A stretch of DNA of 64,000 bases, taken from positions 64,001 through 128,000 of IMG/VR virus record IMGVR_UViG_3300025858_000010, one strand, 5' to 3'. Numbering within the stretch: position 1 is the stretch's first letter; every line of letters begins with the position of its first letter. The notes beneath the pieces are model-generated. The model had not been told where the DNA came from. It did not search any database and worked only from the letters and a program-made list of their open reading frames with translations. Of this stretch, positions 1 to 10,206 are shown one piece after another. Both the position numbers and the translations under genes were made by a program. The DNA is from a virus (lineage: Duplodnaviria > Caudoviricetes).

Positions 1-127
1 AGTTTTTCATAATAAGATTTATTTCTATTTGAAATCGATACTAATGTGGTTTCATATTTTAACATAAATAATTGTATATTTTTTGAAAAATAAAGTTTAA
101 TATATAAAATAAATTTGACCACTAAAA

Positions 128-706
128 ATGACAGACATGGAAATTGAAATATACGACAGATTAAAAAACGTTGTAGATATATATAGAAAAAAGGGTATAT
201 CGTCTGTTGATATAAGAAAACATTTTTTAAGACATAAAAATTTTAAAAATCTCTTACATCTTATGCGTGATATTGAGTATACTTATAAAGATCGTAAATA
301 TCCAATTCCTTTTGATACATACGTATATGACATGCTTTTTTACAGAATTCTGATGGATAGAATTTATTATGAAAAAGATAATCCTGTTGAAGAAAAAATA
401 TTACATAATTTTAAAAATTTTGAAAAAAGTAATGAAACAGTCAAACCTAAAAAATTGACCACAATGAGAGACAAAATAGAAGCTGAAAATCTTAGAATAG
501 AAACAATATCAACTAGTGATTTGAGATATATTGTAGCTAATTACGAACATAAAGCTAGCAAAACAAAAGATGAAGATGCTAAAAAAAATTATATGGGATT
601 AGCAAAAAAATATAAAGACGTTATAAAACAGAGAGAAAAAGAAATGTACGATGATTTTATGAAAAACGTAGATAAAGAAGGACGATGGATTTCTAAACAT
701 CATTGA
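128..706 (+). CDS. hypothetical phage protein
   Basis: 192-aa ORF downstream of a TTAATATATA motif; no family recognised. Confidence 0.6.
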   Translation: MTDMEIEIYDRLKNVVDIYRKKGISSVDIRKHFLRHKNFKNLLHLMRDIEYTYKDRKYPIPFDTYVYDMLFYRILMDRIYYEKDNPVEEKILHNFKNFEKSNETVKPKKLTTMRDKIEAENLRIETISTSDLRYIVANYEHKASKTKDEDAKKNYMGLAKKYKDVIKQREKEMYDDFMKNVDKEGRWISKHH

Positions 707-932
707 ATAGCAAGACTTAAAGAAATAATTAAAAAGATCAAAAAATATTTTTGATCTTTTTTATATCTTTTTATGAAACATCATAAAAATAAAAAGAATT
801 AGAATTTTTTTCAATAAAAATTGAAAAAAATGAATAAAAAAATATGATATATATTCTAAACTTTTAAATTTTTTCGGATATAATTCCGAAACATTAATAA
901 AATTAAATGAAAGGAGAGTTGGACACATAGAA

Positions 933-1970
933 ATGAAAACAAACGATGATGATGTTTGGCGTTCACAGATTGCTAATTCAATTAAGAATATGCATCAATT
1001 AAAAGATAAATTAAAATTAACAGAAAAAGAAAATATAACAAATATATCTAATCTACCGGTTAAAATAACAAATTATTATTTAGAATTAATAAAAAAATAT
1101 CCAGAATTAAGAAGAACTGTAGTTCCTACTATTTATGAACAAGAAGTAAATGATATTGAATATGAGGATCCTCTAGACGAAGATGAGTATAAAAAGACTG
1201 ATTGTATTATACATAAATACCAGAATCGTGTGTTATTTTTGTGTACTTCACAGTGTTCTAGTTATTGTAGATATTGTACGCGTTCTAGAATGGTTGATAA
1301 AAAAAGTTTTAAAAAAGAACAATGGGATGATGCGATTAGTTATATCAAAAATAATAAACAAATCCAAGATGTTCTTATATCAGGCGGCGATCCAATGATA
1401 TTGAGTAATAAAAAATTGGATTACATTTTAGGAGAACTTAAAAAAATTGACCATGTTGGTATAATAAGAATAGGGACTAAAATGCCTGTTGTTCTTCCGA
1501 GTAGAATTAATCAATCTCTAATAGATATTTTAAAAATATATGCACCAATATATATTAATATACATTTCACGAGAAAAGAAGAATTAACTAAAGAATGTAT
1601 AGAAGCGTGTAAAAAATTAAGAGATGTTGGATGTATATTGGGAAGTCAAACTGTTTTATTAAAAGGGATAAATGATGATCCTAATATCTTAAAAGAATTA
1701 TTCTACGAACTTTTAAAGAATGGTATAAGACCATATTATTTATATCAAATGGATAAGATAAAAGGAGGTTCTCATTTTAGATGCGATTTGGATACTATGA
1801 TAAATATCATGAAACAATTGATAGGACTGAATAGTGGATTAGCCATTCCGGAATTTATAATAGACACTGAAATAGGTAAAATTCCTCTGAGATTAGATTA
1901 TGTTACTAGAAACGATGAAGGGAAATATATTTTAACTAATTTTGAAAAAAATGTTTCGATAATATATTAG
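933..1970 (+). CDS. kamA: lysine 2,3-aminomutase family radical SAM enzyme (KamA/EpmB-like)
   Basis: IHKYQNRVL, CSSYCRYCTR (CxxxCxxC), SGGDP, RIGTKMP, QTVLLKGINDD, PYYLYQ and GGSHF motifs. Confidence 0.9.
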   Translation: MKTNDDDVWRSQIANSIKNMHQLKDKLKLTEKENITNISNLPVKITNYYLELIKKYPELRRTVVPTIYEQEVNDIEYEDPLDEDEYKKTDCIIHKYQNRVLFLCTSQCSSYCRYCTRSRMVDKKSFKKEQWDDAISYIKNNKQIQDVLISGGDPMILSNKKLDYILGELKKIDHVGIIRIGTKMPVVLPSRINQSLIDILKIYAPIYINIHFTRKEELTKECIEACKKLRDVGCILGSQTVLLKGINDDPNILKELFYELLKNGIRPYYLYQMDKIKGGSHFRCDLDTMINIMKQLIGLNSGLAIPEFIIDTEIGKIPLRLDYVTRNDEGKYILTNFEKNVSIIY

Positions 1971-2007
1971 GATTCTTTAATTCTATTCAATTTTTGAAAA
2001 TTTCAAA

Positions 2008-2199
2008 TTACCACTGCTCTTCACCATAAGGATCTTCTTCGTTAATAATTATCTTTGGTAATACGTCTAACACGATTTTTTCGTCTTTAAATCTTTCTAA
2101 CCAATCAGATAATTCGTCTGATTGTAATTTCATATAATCATTATATGAATCTTGAATAACATTATCGAATGATTCGAATAATTTAAACTTGGTTATCAT
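2008..2199 (-). CDS. small DPYGEE-tag protein
   Basis: starts MITKFKLFE, ends EDPYGEEQW. Confidence 0.75.
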   Translation of the reverse strand: MITKFKLFESFDNVIQDSYNDYMKLQSDELSDWLERFKDEKIVLDVLPKIIINEEDPYGEEQW

Positions 2200-2468
2200 A
2201 CTATTTCAAATTTTTTGAATAATTCATTTACTGGAGGAATAGTCATGAATATTTTTTTCAATAAATCTTCTAAATGTTCATATTCATAAATAGAATTGAT
2301 ATTTAATAATTTAAGAAGTTTATCATCTGGTGTAAGAACATATTTTCCGTATTTATTAAACCAAAATACCATTTGATAAATAATATCTTCAATATTTATT
2401 GATAGAAGTATAGCCACTCCATCTTTAATTTTTCCTACATAATCAACAATTGATATACTAACTTCCAT
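2196..2468 (-). CDS. hypothetical protein
   Basis: start reassigned to MEVSIS (2468), removing the overlap with the divergent gene. Confidence 0.55.
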   Translation of the reverse strand: MEVSISIVDYVGKIKDGVAILLSINIEDIIYQMVFWFNKYGKYVLTPDDKLLKLLNINSIYEYEHLEDLLKKIFMTIPPVNELFKKFEIV

Positions 2469-2523
2469 TTTAAGTGTTTGTATTTTTAATATATATATAA
2501 TAAAAAGAAGTTCTATTTTTATT

Positions 2524-2892
2524 ATGGTTTTAGATTTTAAAGATTTATACATAAAGTATGATGGTCATCCTAGATTTCATAGTAATATTATTGTCGAAGA
2601 TGATATAGTCGAAGTAATTGTTCAGAAATTGGAAATGATTTTATTTACAAATAAAGGAGATCTATATGGCGAACCAAATATGGGATGTAATCTTGAATAT
2701 TTTTTGTGGCAAACAAAAGTTCCTGTTCCTGATATTAGAAATTTAATAATGGAACAAATCAACACATATATACCGGAATTAAATGATTTGGAATACTCAT
2801 TCGATATTCAACTATATGAAGGAACATATAGAGATATTTTATATCTTAATTTTATAATAAAGGGATATAATTTCGAAATTTTATTAAAATAA
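2524..2892 (+). CDS. baseplate wedge gp25/GPW-like protein
   Basis: ILFTNKGDLYGEPNMGCNLEYFLW...QINTYIPE resembles the gp25 family signature. Confidence 0.7.
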   Translation: MVLDFKDLYIKYDGHPRFHSNIIVEDDIVEVIVQKLEMILFTNKGDLYGEPNMGCNLEYFLWQTKVPVPDIRNLIMEQINTYIPELNDLEYSFDIQLYEGTYRDILYLNFIIKGYNFEILLK

Positions 2893-2907
2893 TTTAATAT
2901 ATAGGGT

Positions 2908-3387
2908 ATGAATAATATATTTGAATATAAAGAATATGTAAATGAAATGGTTATACTAAATAAACCTAGTGAATCAAAAGATCCAATAGATGGAATTAAA
3001 TTCACAGAAAAAGAAATTAGAATATTGCAAAATAATGAAGCATATCCATTTGATTTGATTGATAAAACTAAAGCTGTCTGTTTAATTTCCGATTTATATA
3101 AAATTAGTATATATAAGAAAAAAAATGATGAATACTTTTCAAGAATTAGAGATATTAGAAAATCTTTCAATCCGGTTATATTTGAAACAACGACAACAAA
3201 TTTGATAGATTGTTTATATATTTTGGATGATTTCATGTGGGAAAAAATTAAAATAGAAAATGAAAAATCCATTTTAGCTAAAAAGTTAGAAAAAGAAAGA
3301 TTAGAAAGAGAAGCTAGAGGGGATAAAGAATATAAAAATAATCATGTTTTTCCATATAAATCTTTTAGTGGAAAATGGAATATGTAA
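2908..3387 (+). CDS. hypothetical protein with FxxYVNE leader
   Basis: MNNIFEYKEYVNE start; TTAATATATA just upstream. Confidence 0.6.
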   Translation: MNNIFEYKEYVNEMVILNKPSESKDPIDGIKFTEKEIRILQNNEAYPFDLIDKTKAVCLISDLYKISIYKKKNDEYFSRIRDIRKSFNPVIFETTTTNLIDCLYILDDFMWEKIKIENEKSILAKKLEKERLEREARGDKEYKNNHVFPYKSFSGKWNM

Positions 3388-3435
3388 TTTCAATTTTTTA
3401 ATTAAACATTTTAACTTCATTTCCATATAACATTT

Positions 3436-3840
3436 ATGGATTTCAAAGAAATAATTAATAGGATATTTGTCAATAAAAACACTTATAAAGAAGTGTCTGA
3501 TGAAGATAAAATATCATCATTTTTTATTATTAATCGTAAATTCGGAAAGCAATACCCAAAGATCGCAAAAGAATTCAATCACAAAAATGTAGATAAAGCT
3601 TCTGCGGTAGATATGTGGTTTGAACATTTTAAAAATGTACATATTATTCCACAATGGTATTGGGAAAAAAGTCAAGAAAAATTAAAAAAAACAAAAAAAA
3701 ATAACTACGATAAAATTAAAAAAATATACGAAATAAAAGACTACGATATTCAATTTCTAGAAAAATATTACGAAGAAGATTTAAAAAAAGAATTAAAAAG
3801 AATAGAGAAATTAGAGATATTAGAAAAAAATGATACTTAA
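3436..3840 (+). CDS. possible clamp-loader small subunit (gp62-like)
   Basis: size and FFIINRKF segment resemble T4 gp62 (FIINR); weak similarity. Confidence 0.35.
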   Translation: MDFKEIINRIFVNKNTYKEVSDEDKISSFFIINRKFGKQYPKIAKEFNHKNVDKASAVDMWFEHFKNVHIIPQWYWEKSQEKLKKTKKNNYDKIKKIYEIKDYDIQFLEKYYEEDLKKELKRIEKLEILEKNDT

Positions 3841-3881
3841 ATTAGTTAAACATCCAGAATAAAATACGACTGCAAAATAAA

Positions 3882-4145
3882 ATGAAACTTTATCATTGGA
3901 CATACAAAAATAAAATAAAATCAATATTAAAAAACGGATTAAATACATCTGAATTAGGTATTGTTTATCTTACACCATCACCAGATAAATGGTCAAAAGG
4001 AACAGTTTGTTTAGAGGTAGAAACTGGAAATTTGAAATTAACTTGTTTTGACGATTGTAAAGAATGGGAAGTTTTATGTTGGGGAAACATACCACCTGAA
4101 AATTTGAAAATAATAAAACCTAAAAATTTGAAAATAATAATTTAA
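3882..4145 (+). CDS. small ADP-ribosyltransferase-fold protein (Tpt1/DUF952-like)
   Basis: LYHWT...SILKNGL...VYLT...E...IPP pattern. Confidence 0.55.
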   Translation: MKLYHWTYKNKIKSILKNGLNTSELGIVYLTPSPDKWSKGTVCLEVETGNLKLTCFDDCKEWEVLCWGNIPPENLKIIKPKNLKIII

Positions 4146-4244
4146 AAACCACTTTGTATGAAAAAACAACAAAGTGGTTTTTAATTTTTGTCTTTTTATT
4201 ATTTTCGACCTCACTTTGTTCAATATATACTGGAAAAAAATCTT

Positions 4245-5357
4245 ATGAAAATTTTTACAACAGATGATATCAATAACATTCTTGTTAAGTATAACAAATC
4301 TGAAAAAACTACAAGAAAAGACAAGATATGGTTTCAAAACATAGAAGGAGTTAGGAAATCTGGTATGTGTTTCAGCCTTTCACATAAAGAACTTCATGAG
4401 TATGCTAAGTGTTATAATAGTGTTCAATATTTCGCAGAAAATTATATTAAAATTATTAATGATTATGGTAAAATACGGACAATAGAATTAAGAGATTATC
4501 AAAAAGAAATTCTTGAAGAAGAATTAAATAGATTCTCTATTATTCTTAAAAGTAGACAAGTTGGTATAAACGTTACAATGTGTATATTATTCTTACATAA
4601 GATGTTGTTTGAAGATGATAAAAAAATATTAATAGTGGGTAATAAATTTCAAACGGCAAGTGAAATACTAAGTAAATTAAAAGATATTTATCTTTTATTG
4701 CCATTCTATTTAAAACAAGGAGTTTTAGTGTGGAATAAAAAATCATTGATTTTTGAAAATGGATCAAGAATAGAAACTGCTATTAGAACAAAAGAATTAC
4801 AAATTGAAGACTATGATATTTTTTACATAGATGAATTTTCTAAAATTCCTCAATATATTATTGAACCTTTTTATATGAATTTGATTAACAAAATGAAAAA
4901 AGAATCTAGACTTATCATATCGTCTATTCCTAATGGATTTAATTTATTTTATGATTTAGTTCAATGTTCAGAATTACCGTTAAATCATCCAAATAAAAAC
5001 TTATTTGTTACTAAAAGAATATATTGGTGGCAAGTTCAAGGTAGAATGGACACAAAAATGAATATATTAAATGATAAAATAAAACAATATGGTATAGACG
5101 AAGAAGTGATTATTAATCATTTAAAGAATCAAGGGATCGTTGTTTATGATAAATGTATAGATGGTAAAATGTGGTATTTTTTGAAATATGATTCTAATAA
5201 TGAAAATAGTATGATATGGAAAATAAGACAAATGAAAATAAATAATGTTCCATTAGTAGAATTGGCTGAAATAACTAATTGGAAGGAAGAAATGATTCGA
5301 TTATTAGGCAGTGAATATATATTCAGAACTGAATATGATTTATGTTTTCAATTTTAA
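4245..5357 (+). CDS. terminase large subunit paralogue, ATPase domain only
   Basis: KC..SVQYFAENYIKI, LRDYQ, KSRQVG, LPFYLK.GV..WNK.S..FENGS, YIDEF, SSIPNG; ends at FRTEYDLCF with no nuclease domain. Confidence 0.8.
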   Translation: MKIFTTDDINNILVKYNKSEKTTRKDKIWFQNIEGVRKSGMCFSLSHKELHEYAKCYNSVQYFAENYIKIINDYGKIRTIELRDYQKEILEEELNRFSIILKSRQVGINVTMCILFLHKMLFEDDKKILIVGNKFQTASEILSKLKDIYLLLPFYLKQGVLVWNKKSLIFENGSRIETAIRTKELQIEDYDIFYIDEFSKIPQYIIEPFYMNLINKMKKESRLIISSIPNGFNLFYDLVQCSELPLNHPNKNLFVTKRIYWWQVQGRMDTKMNILNDKIKQYGIDEEVIINHLKNQGIVVYDKCIDGKMWYFLKYDSNNENSMIWKIRQMKINNVPLVELAEITNWKEEMIRLLGSEYIFRTEYDLCFQF

Positions 5358-5375
5358 TTTTTAATATATAACCTT

Positions 5376-5897
5376 ATGAAAATAATATCAGATACACCAC
5401 CAAAAAACGCAGGATACATGAAAGTCCATACCCTACAACTACAAGGAAAAAAAAACCAAAACGTTGTAAGGGAGTATATTAATTCTAAAGACGCCGTTGC
5501 ATCAGTAGTTTTTAATACTGTTAAAAATAAATATCTATTTGTCAAACAATTTCGTCCGGGTCCTAAAATGAATATAATAGAATTAGCAGCTGGAATGTTA
5601 GACCATGCTGGTTTAGATGAAGTCACTACAATAAAAATGGAAATTGAAGAAGAACTTGGATATGCAACAGATACTATAAATCAAATAGTTAAACCATATT
5701 TCACATCGCCAGGAAAAACTAATGAGAGAATATCTATTTATTTTGCGACAGTTTCAAATAAAATTGGTCAAGGAGGTGGATTAGAGAGCGAAAATGAAGA
5801 AATTGAAATAGTGGAACTCACGAAAGAAGAAATAAAGAAAACAGATTTCATTGATGGTAAAACATTATTAGCTCTATCTGTTCTTAAATTAAAATAA
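5376..5897 (+). CDS. NUDIX hydrolase (ADP-ribose/NDP-sugar pyrophosphatase-like)
   Basis: VKQFRP, ELAAGMLD...EIEEELG Nudix box, SPG, GGGL..ENEEIE. Confidence 0.85.
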   Translation: MKIISDTPPKNAGYMKVHTLQLQGKKNQNVVREYINSKDAVASVVFNTVKNKYLFVKQFRPGPKMNIIELAAGMLDHAGLDEVTTIKMEIEEELGYATDTINQIVKPYFTSPGKTNERISIYFATVSNKIGQGGGLESENEEIEIVELTKEEIKKTDFIDGKTLLALSVLKLK

Positions 5898-5982
5898 AAG
5901 AAATTAATTTTTATTTTTAAAAAACTTTTCTTAATTTTGCCTTTACGTTATTAATTAAAATCTTTTTGAAAAATCGGATAAT

Positions 5983-6285
5983 ATGGACATTTCAACTAAA
6001 ATTGTTTTAGTTTTAATAATTGGATTATTATCTACTGCTTGTATTGATAATGTTTTTAATTGGTTACGTATACTTTATTATAATCATAAAGAAAAAAAAG
6101 AAAGATTCTATAAGTGCAATACGTACATAGTTGGATTTCCAAGTGGAGAGATAATTTTTCTTGATAGTGATAAGAGAATAGAACTATTAATAGATAAAGG
6201 TTATTTGAGGTGGTTTAATGAATATAAACGTTTTTGTTATAGTGATCATGACAAAAAAATTATTGAAAAATTATTAAAATTTTAA
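5983..6285 (+). CDS. hypothetical membrane-anchored protein
   Basis: hydrophobic N-terminus. Confidence 0.5.
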   Translation: MDISTKIVLVLIIGLLSTACIDNVFNWLRILYYNHKEKKERFYKCNTYIVGFPSGEIIFLDSDKRIELLIDKGYLRWFNEYKRFCYSDHDKKIIEKLLKF

Positions 6286-6287
6286 AT

Positions 6288-6512
6288 ATGGAAAAATATT
6301 TAACAAAGGGACATCTAGGGCATTATGGCAAATATAAAAATAATAAAAAAAATATTATTGTTATGGAAGTGAATAAACTAGTCGATGAATATAATGAAAA
6401 AATCAATAAATTTCCAACTAAAGCAGAAAATGATATTTTTCACCAAAAAATGATTAGTAAAATCAAAGAACTTTACTATACAATTGAAAAATTTAATTTT
6501 ATGCATTATTAA
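6288..6512 (+). CDS. hypothetical protein
   Basis: ORF in operon context. Confidence 0.5.
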   Translation: MEKYLTKGHLGHYGKYKNNKKNIIVMEVNKLVDEYNEKINKFPTKAENDIFHQKMISKIKELYYTIEKFNFMHY

Positions 6513-6537
6513 ATTTTAAAAATTAAGAATTTTAAAA

Positions 6538-6699
6538 ATGAAAAAAGCAATAACCATTGGTGCATTAATATTAATTATATTGATATTGTTTTATATTTTC
6601 GTAAAAACTATTCAATTTTTAAGTCCATTATTGATTCTTATAGGATTAATCATTGTTTGTATAGGTGGACTTATATTTATAATTAAAAGTTTTTTATAA
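6538..6699 (+). CDS. small two-TM membrane protein (not in ORF track)
   Basis: 53-aa hydrophobic ORF MKKAITIGALILII... filling the operon gap. Confidence 0.55.
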   Translation: MKKAITIGALILIILILFYIFVKTIQFLSPLLILIGLIIVCIGGLIFIIKSFL

Positions 6700-6722
6700 T
6701 AATAAAAATAAAAAAATTAAAA

Positions 6723-7418
6723 ATGAATAAAATTCTAACTTTTATATCCGATACTCATAATAAACATAAAGCTTTAAAGGATTTATTGCCAGGTGGTGAT
6801 ATTTTAATTCATTCTGGGGATATATCATCGAGAGGTTATGATCATGAAATCGAAAATTTTTGTAAATGGTTCAATGAAATTGACAATTACGGACTTAAAA
6901 TTTTCATAGCAGGAAATCACGATTTTGGTTTTCAAGATAATTATGATAAATCTATAGAAATAGTAAAGTCTTACGAAAATATAATTTATCTTCAAGACGA
7001 TCTTCATCTGATTGGAGATGATTATTCGACTTCTATAAAGATTTGGGGGTCGCCATGGCAACCCGAATTTTGTAATTGGGCATTTAATGCAAAAAGAGGT
7101 GAAGATATAAAACAACATTGGGATAAAATTCCAATGGGTGTAGATATTTTAATTACTCACGGTCCTTCTTTTGGAAAACTAGATAAAGTTATTGGAAGAA
7201 ATGAAAATTTAGGATGCGAAGAGTTAGATAAAAAGATTAAAGAAATAAAGCCAAAGATTTTTATTTGTGGTCATATTCATTCTGGTCGTGGTTATTATTT
7301 TGATGGTAATACTCATTATTTTAATGCATCCATCTTAAATGAAAGATATGAATATGAATATAAACCAATAACTATTGATTGGAATATTGAAAATAATGAA
7401 ATAAAATTTTTACAGTGA
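6723..7418 (+). CDS. calcineurin-like metallophosphoesterase
   Basis: SDTH, GD, GNHD, ITHGP and GHIH motifs. Confidence 0.9.
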   Translation: MNKILTFISDTHNKHKALKDLLPGGDILIHSGDISSRGYDHEIENFCKWFNEIDNYGLKIFIAGNHDFGFQDNYDKSIEIVKSYENIIYLQDDLHLIGDDYSTSIKIWGSPWQPEFCNWAFNAKRGEDIKQHWDKIPMGVDILITHGPSFGKLDKVIGRNENLGCEELDKKIKEIKPKIFICGHIHSGRGYYFDGNTHYFNASILNERYEYEYKPITIDWNIENNEIKFLQ

Positions 7419-7419
7419 C

Positions 7420-7755
7420 ATGACGATGGAAAACAAAAAATCAAAAGAATTCAATAAACATACTATATTGTGTGCTGCTTTTTGTGGTGCAGGTAAAACA
7501 TACATTTGTGAAAAAACTGATATTGATGCTATAGAAATAAGAATATTGGAAATATAAAGATAAAGGATTACAGAAAGAATATGTCGAAGATATCAAAAAA
7601 CATTTAGGAAAAGTCGATTAGAAAGAGATAGTCCTCATGATTTTATTGGGGTATACATGAAATATTGGAATCCTTGGTTAAATGAACTAAAAGATCAATC
7701 ATACTGTAAACATATTGTTTTAAAAAAAGGAGAATATTTAAAAGACGTTCTTTAA
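7420..7755 (+). pseudogene. fragmented P-loop protein
   Basis: AAFCGAGKT P-loop, then coding-like segments in shifted frames (EYWKYKDKG..., RDSPHDFIG...EYLKDVL*). Confidence 0.55.
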
Positions 7756-7800
7756 TACAAAAAAAAGCGACAATATAATATTGTCGCTTTTTTTTGTATT
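7754..7800. terminator. bidirectional intrinsic terminator
   Basis: long inverted repeat aatacaaaaaaaagcgacaatat / atattgtcgctttttttt-gtatt between convergent genes. Confidence 0.8.
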
Positions 7801-8299
7801 AAATATTTTTTCTCCATATAAAATATCCGTCACGTTCGCCAACAAACATATATCCTGATATAGATGTTATTATTCTTTTTAATTCGTCTATAGTTAAAAG
7901 ATTTTCAAATGAAAATTTCAAATCATCTTTATTAACAAATGAAATTGGTTTAATATCAATACCAAATATATTTAAATTATTTGGTAAATTTGAATAAAAC
8001 TCTTTTAATGCTATATTAACAATATTATTCTTTATGATAACATCCAATTCGTTTTTTCCAAAAACAATAGATCTAAATTGAACGCGTCCATTACCTAGAA
8101 TATCACCAGTTAAATCATTAACTTTAAAAATATGTTTTTGAGGATCATCAATATCAATATAATTTTCATACGTGTTGAAAAATATTGATAATATATTTTT
8201 ATGAGCTTTTCCAGAAGGTTCAATGCCATTAACAATATCATCTATTTTTAGCCCAGGTATATTTAAACTTTCGAAAAATTTATTCCAATTTTTTACCAT
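7799..8299 (-). CDS. hypothetical protein with leader MVKNWNKFFE
   Basis: ORF track; leader motif. Confidence 0.6.
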   Translation of the reverse strand: MVKNWNKFFESLNIPGLKIDDIVNGIEPSGKAHKNILSIFFNTYENYIDIDDPQKHIFKVNDLTGDILGNGRVQFRSIVFGKNELDVIIKNNIVNIALKEFYSNLPNNLNIFGIDIKPISFVNKDDLKFSFENLLTIDELKRIITSISGYMFVGERDGYFIWRKNI

Positions 8300-8324
8300 T
8301 TCAATTTATATTTTTTTTTATATA

Positions 8325-8804
8325 TTATTTAAATTTTTTATTTTTAATTTTATTATCTAATTTAGAATTTGAAAACCACCACTTTTCCGCATCTGGTAAT
8401 TCTTTATATACTTTTTCTACAGGTTTTCCATAATATTTTATAAGATAGTTATCAACTATATGTGGATTACCTCTAAAATCTAATATGATCAAGTATGGCA
8501 CTTCATCATTTTTTAAAACTTCATTACCATCACGATCATCTAAATTTTTATCAAAACGAATACCAGTACATTTCAAAGTTTTTGGTACAGGTTTAAACTG
8601 TGGTTCTCCTGCATATTGATTCTTATATAGAACTTTTCCTCTTTCTAAAAATTGAACAACCTTACCTACAAGTTTTTCGGCTTCAACAGCATATGCTCTC
8701 CAGGCGGCCACTGATACTGGATGCCTTAGATTTCTTATCTGTCCTAATCTATCTAATCCATCTATTGTTGCTTCTTCATTGATAAAATCAATATATTTTT
8801 GCAT
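8325..8804 (-). CDS. hypothetical protein with leader MQKYIDFINE
   Basis: ORF track; leader motif. Confidence 0.6.
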   Translation of the reverse strand: MQKYIDFINEEATIDGLDRLGQIRNLRHPVSVAAWRAYAVEAEKLVGKVVQFLERGKVLYKNQYAGEPQFKPVPKTLKCTGIRFDKNLDDRDGNEVLKNDEVPYLIILDFRGNPHIVDNYLIKYYGKPVEKVYKELPDAEKWWFSNSKLDNKIKNKKFK

Positions 8805-8821
8805 ATAATCACATTTTTTTT

Positions 8822-9292
8822 TTAAAATTGTCTGATAGCTCTAATATAACAACTTCCATTTTTACCTAAACTTCTCTGTTTATCTAATACAGTGTCAGTG
8901 GTGAAATAATGTAACCATGCATTATTTTCATTATCTTCTGAAGAACTCCAGTAATAATTACCATTTCTAAATCCTCCCACTATTTCGTTTTGTAAATACA
9001 ATTGTTCTAATTCATCTTTTGAAGGCAAAAACCAATCAGTATATCCGTCTGTTGTTAATCCTGAACAATAATATGCTGCTGAAGATTCACCACAATTATC
9101 ATACATTAAAGTAGTATTTAATTTACCGTCACCAATTGATGTGCCACTGGCAGAAATAAATACACCATAACAACCCCATTCCCATTTTTTATGTGGAAAA
9201 ATAGCATCTGTTGGATGTGCAATCAATCCATGTGTGCCTTCATCCCATGTATAAAAAACTATACCTCCTTCATAATTTTCACCTATTTCCAT
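8822..9292 (-). CDS. DUF1566/Lcl C-terminal-like domain protein
   Basis: GGIVFY..HGLIA, DWFLPSKDEL, YWSSSE, IRAIRQF. Confidence 0.75.
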   Translation of the reverse strand: MEIGENYEGGIVFYTWDEGTHGLIAHPTDAIFPHKKWEWGCYGVFISASGTSIGDGKLNTTLMYDNCGESSAAYYCSGLTTDGYTDWFLPSKDELEQLYLQNEIVGGFRNGNYYWSSSEDNENNAWLHYFTTDTVLDKQRSLGKNGSCYIRAIRQF

Positions 9293-9301
9293 TTTATCAT
9301 T

Positions 9302-10192
9302 TTATATTTTTATTTCAAATTCCAACAAATCTTTATCGAACACATATACCCCTCTATTTTCTGTGTATTTTAATCCGTTTTTTGTAGTATCAAATACGAA
9401 TATATGACCATTTTTACTATTAACGAATGAAAAATAATCCACATTATACCATCCAGGATTACTTATATTACGAAAGACATGTACATTATCCACTACTTCG
9501 TGATCTGTGAAGGATTTACATTGTAATGTCTTTTTAACACCATTTAATTTGAATTTAACATCAACACCTTTATGTGTATCTATTCTTTGACCTGGTTCAC
9601 TTTTTATAACATCTGATATTTCACCAATATTAGAAAGATATTTCATAGTCAGACATTCTCCTTTGTTTCCTATGTATGTTGATTTTGCTATAGCACTCAT
9701 TATTCTATAAAATATTGTAAGATTATCATGTGGAAAAAATATATCATAAGCATATTTTGTCATTAAATATTTCATTCTCTCTAAGTTTTCAAAATAATCA
9801 TTATCAAAATTAAGCAGTACTTTTTCGTTATTATTTTTATATCCTTTGATTATGAAATAATTTAGAGTATCTACAATTTCTGCAAAACTTGTCCAATGCG
9901 TATTAACATAATTTAATAATGACCACATTGGATCTTTATCATCATGAACTTTAACGTAATATTCTCTAATTTCTTTATCTAGATTGGCGTCTTTGCTGTA
10001 TTTTAATTTTTCTAATGAATATTCTGTATTTACTATCCCATAATTGCCATCGCCCAATAATTTATTCCAGTGTCCGTTTTGATATAATCTCCACATCAAA
10101 TTATTAATAAAATCAGAATAATTTTGTTTAAATCTTTTAATGGTAAAAAGATTATATATTTTTCTTTTATCTGTTAATTTAAATTCCATCAT
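9302..10192 (-). CDS. hypothetical protein, possible PD-(D/E)XK nuclease fold
   Basis: GNKGE...D...GVD...LQCK arrangement. Confidence 0.4.
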   Translation of the reverse strand: MMEFKLTDKRKIYNLFTIKRFKQNYSDFINNLMWRLYQNGHWNKLLGDGNYGIVNTEYSLEKLKYSKDANLDKEIREYYVKVHDDKDPMWSLLNYVNTHWTSFAEIVDTLNYFIIKGYKNNNEKVLLNFDNDYFENLERMKYLMTKYAYDIFFPHDNLTIFYRIMSAIAKSTYIGNKGECLTMKYLSNIGEISDVIKSEPGQRIDTHKGVDVKFKLNGVKKTLQCKSFTDHEVVDNVHVFRNISNPGWYNVDYFSFVNSKNGHIFVFDTTKNGLKYTENRGVYVFDKDLLEFEIKI

Positions 10193-10206
10193 TTTCTTTT
10201 TTTATA

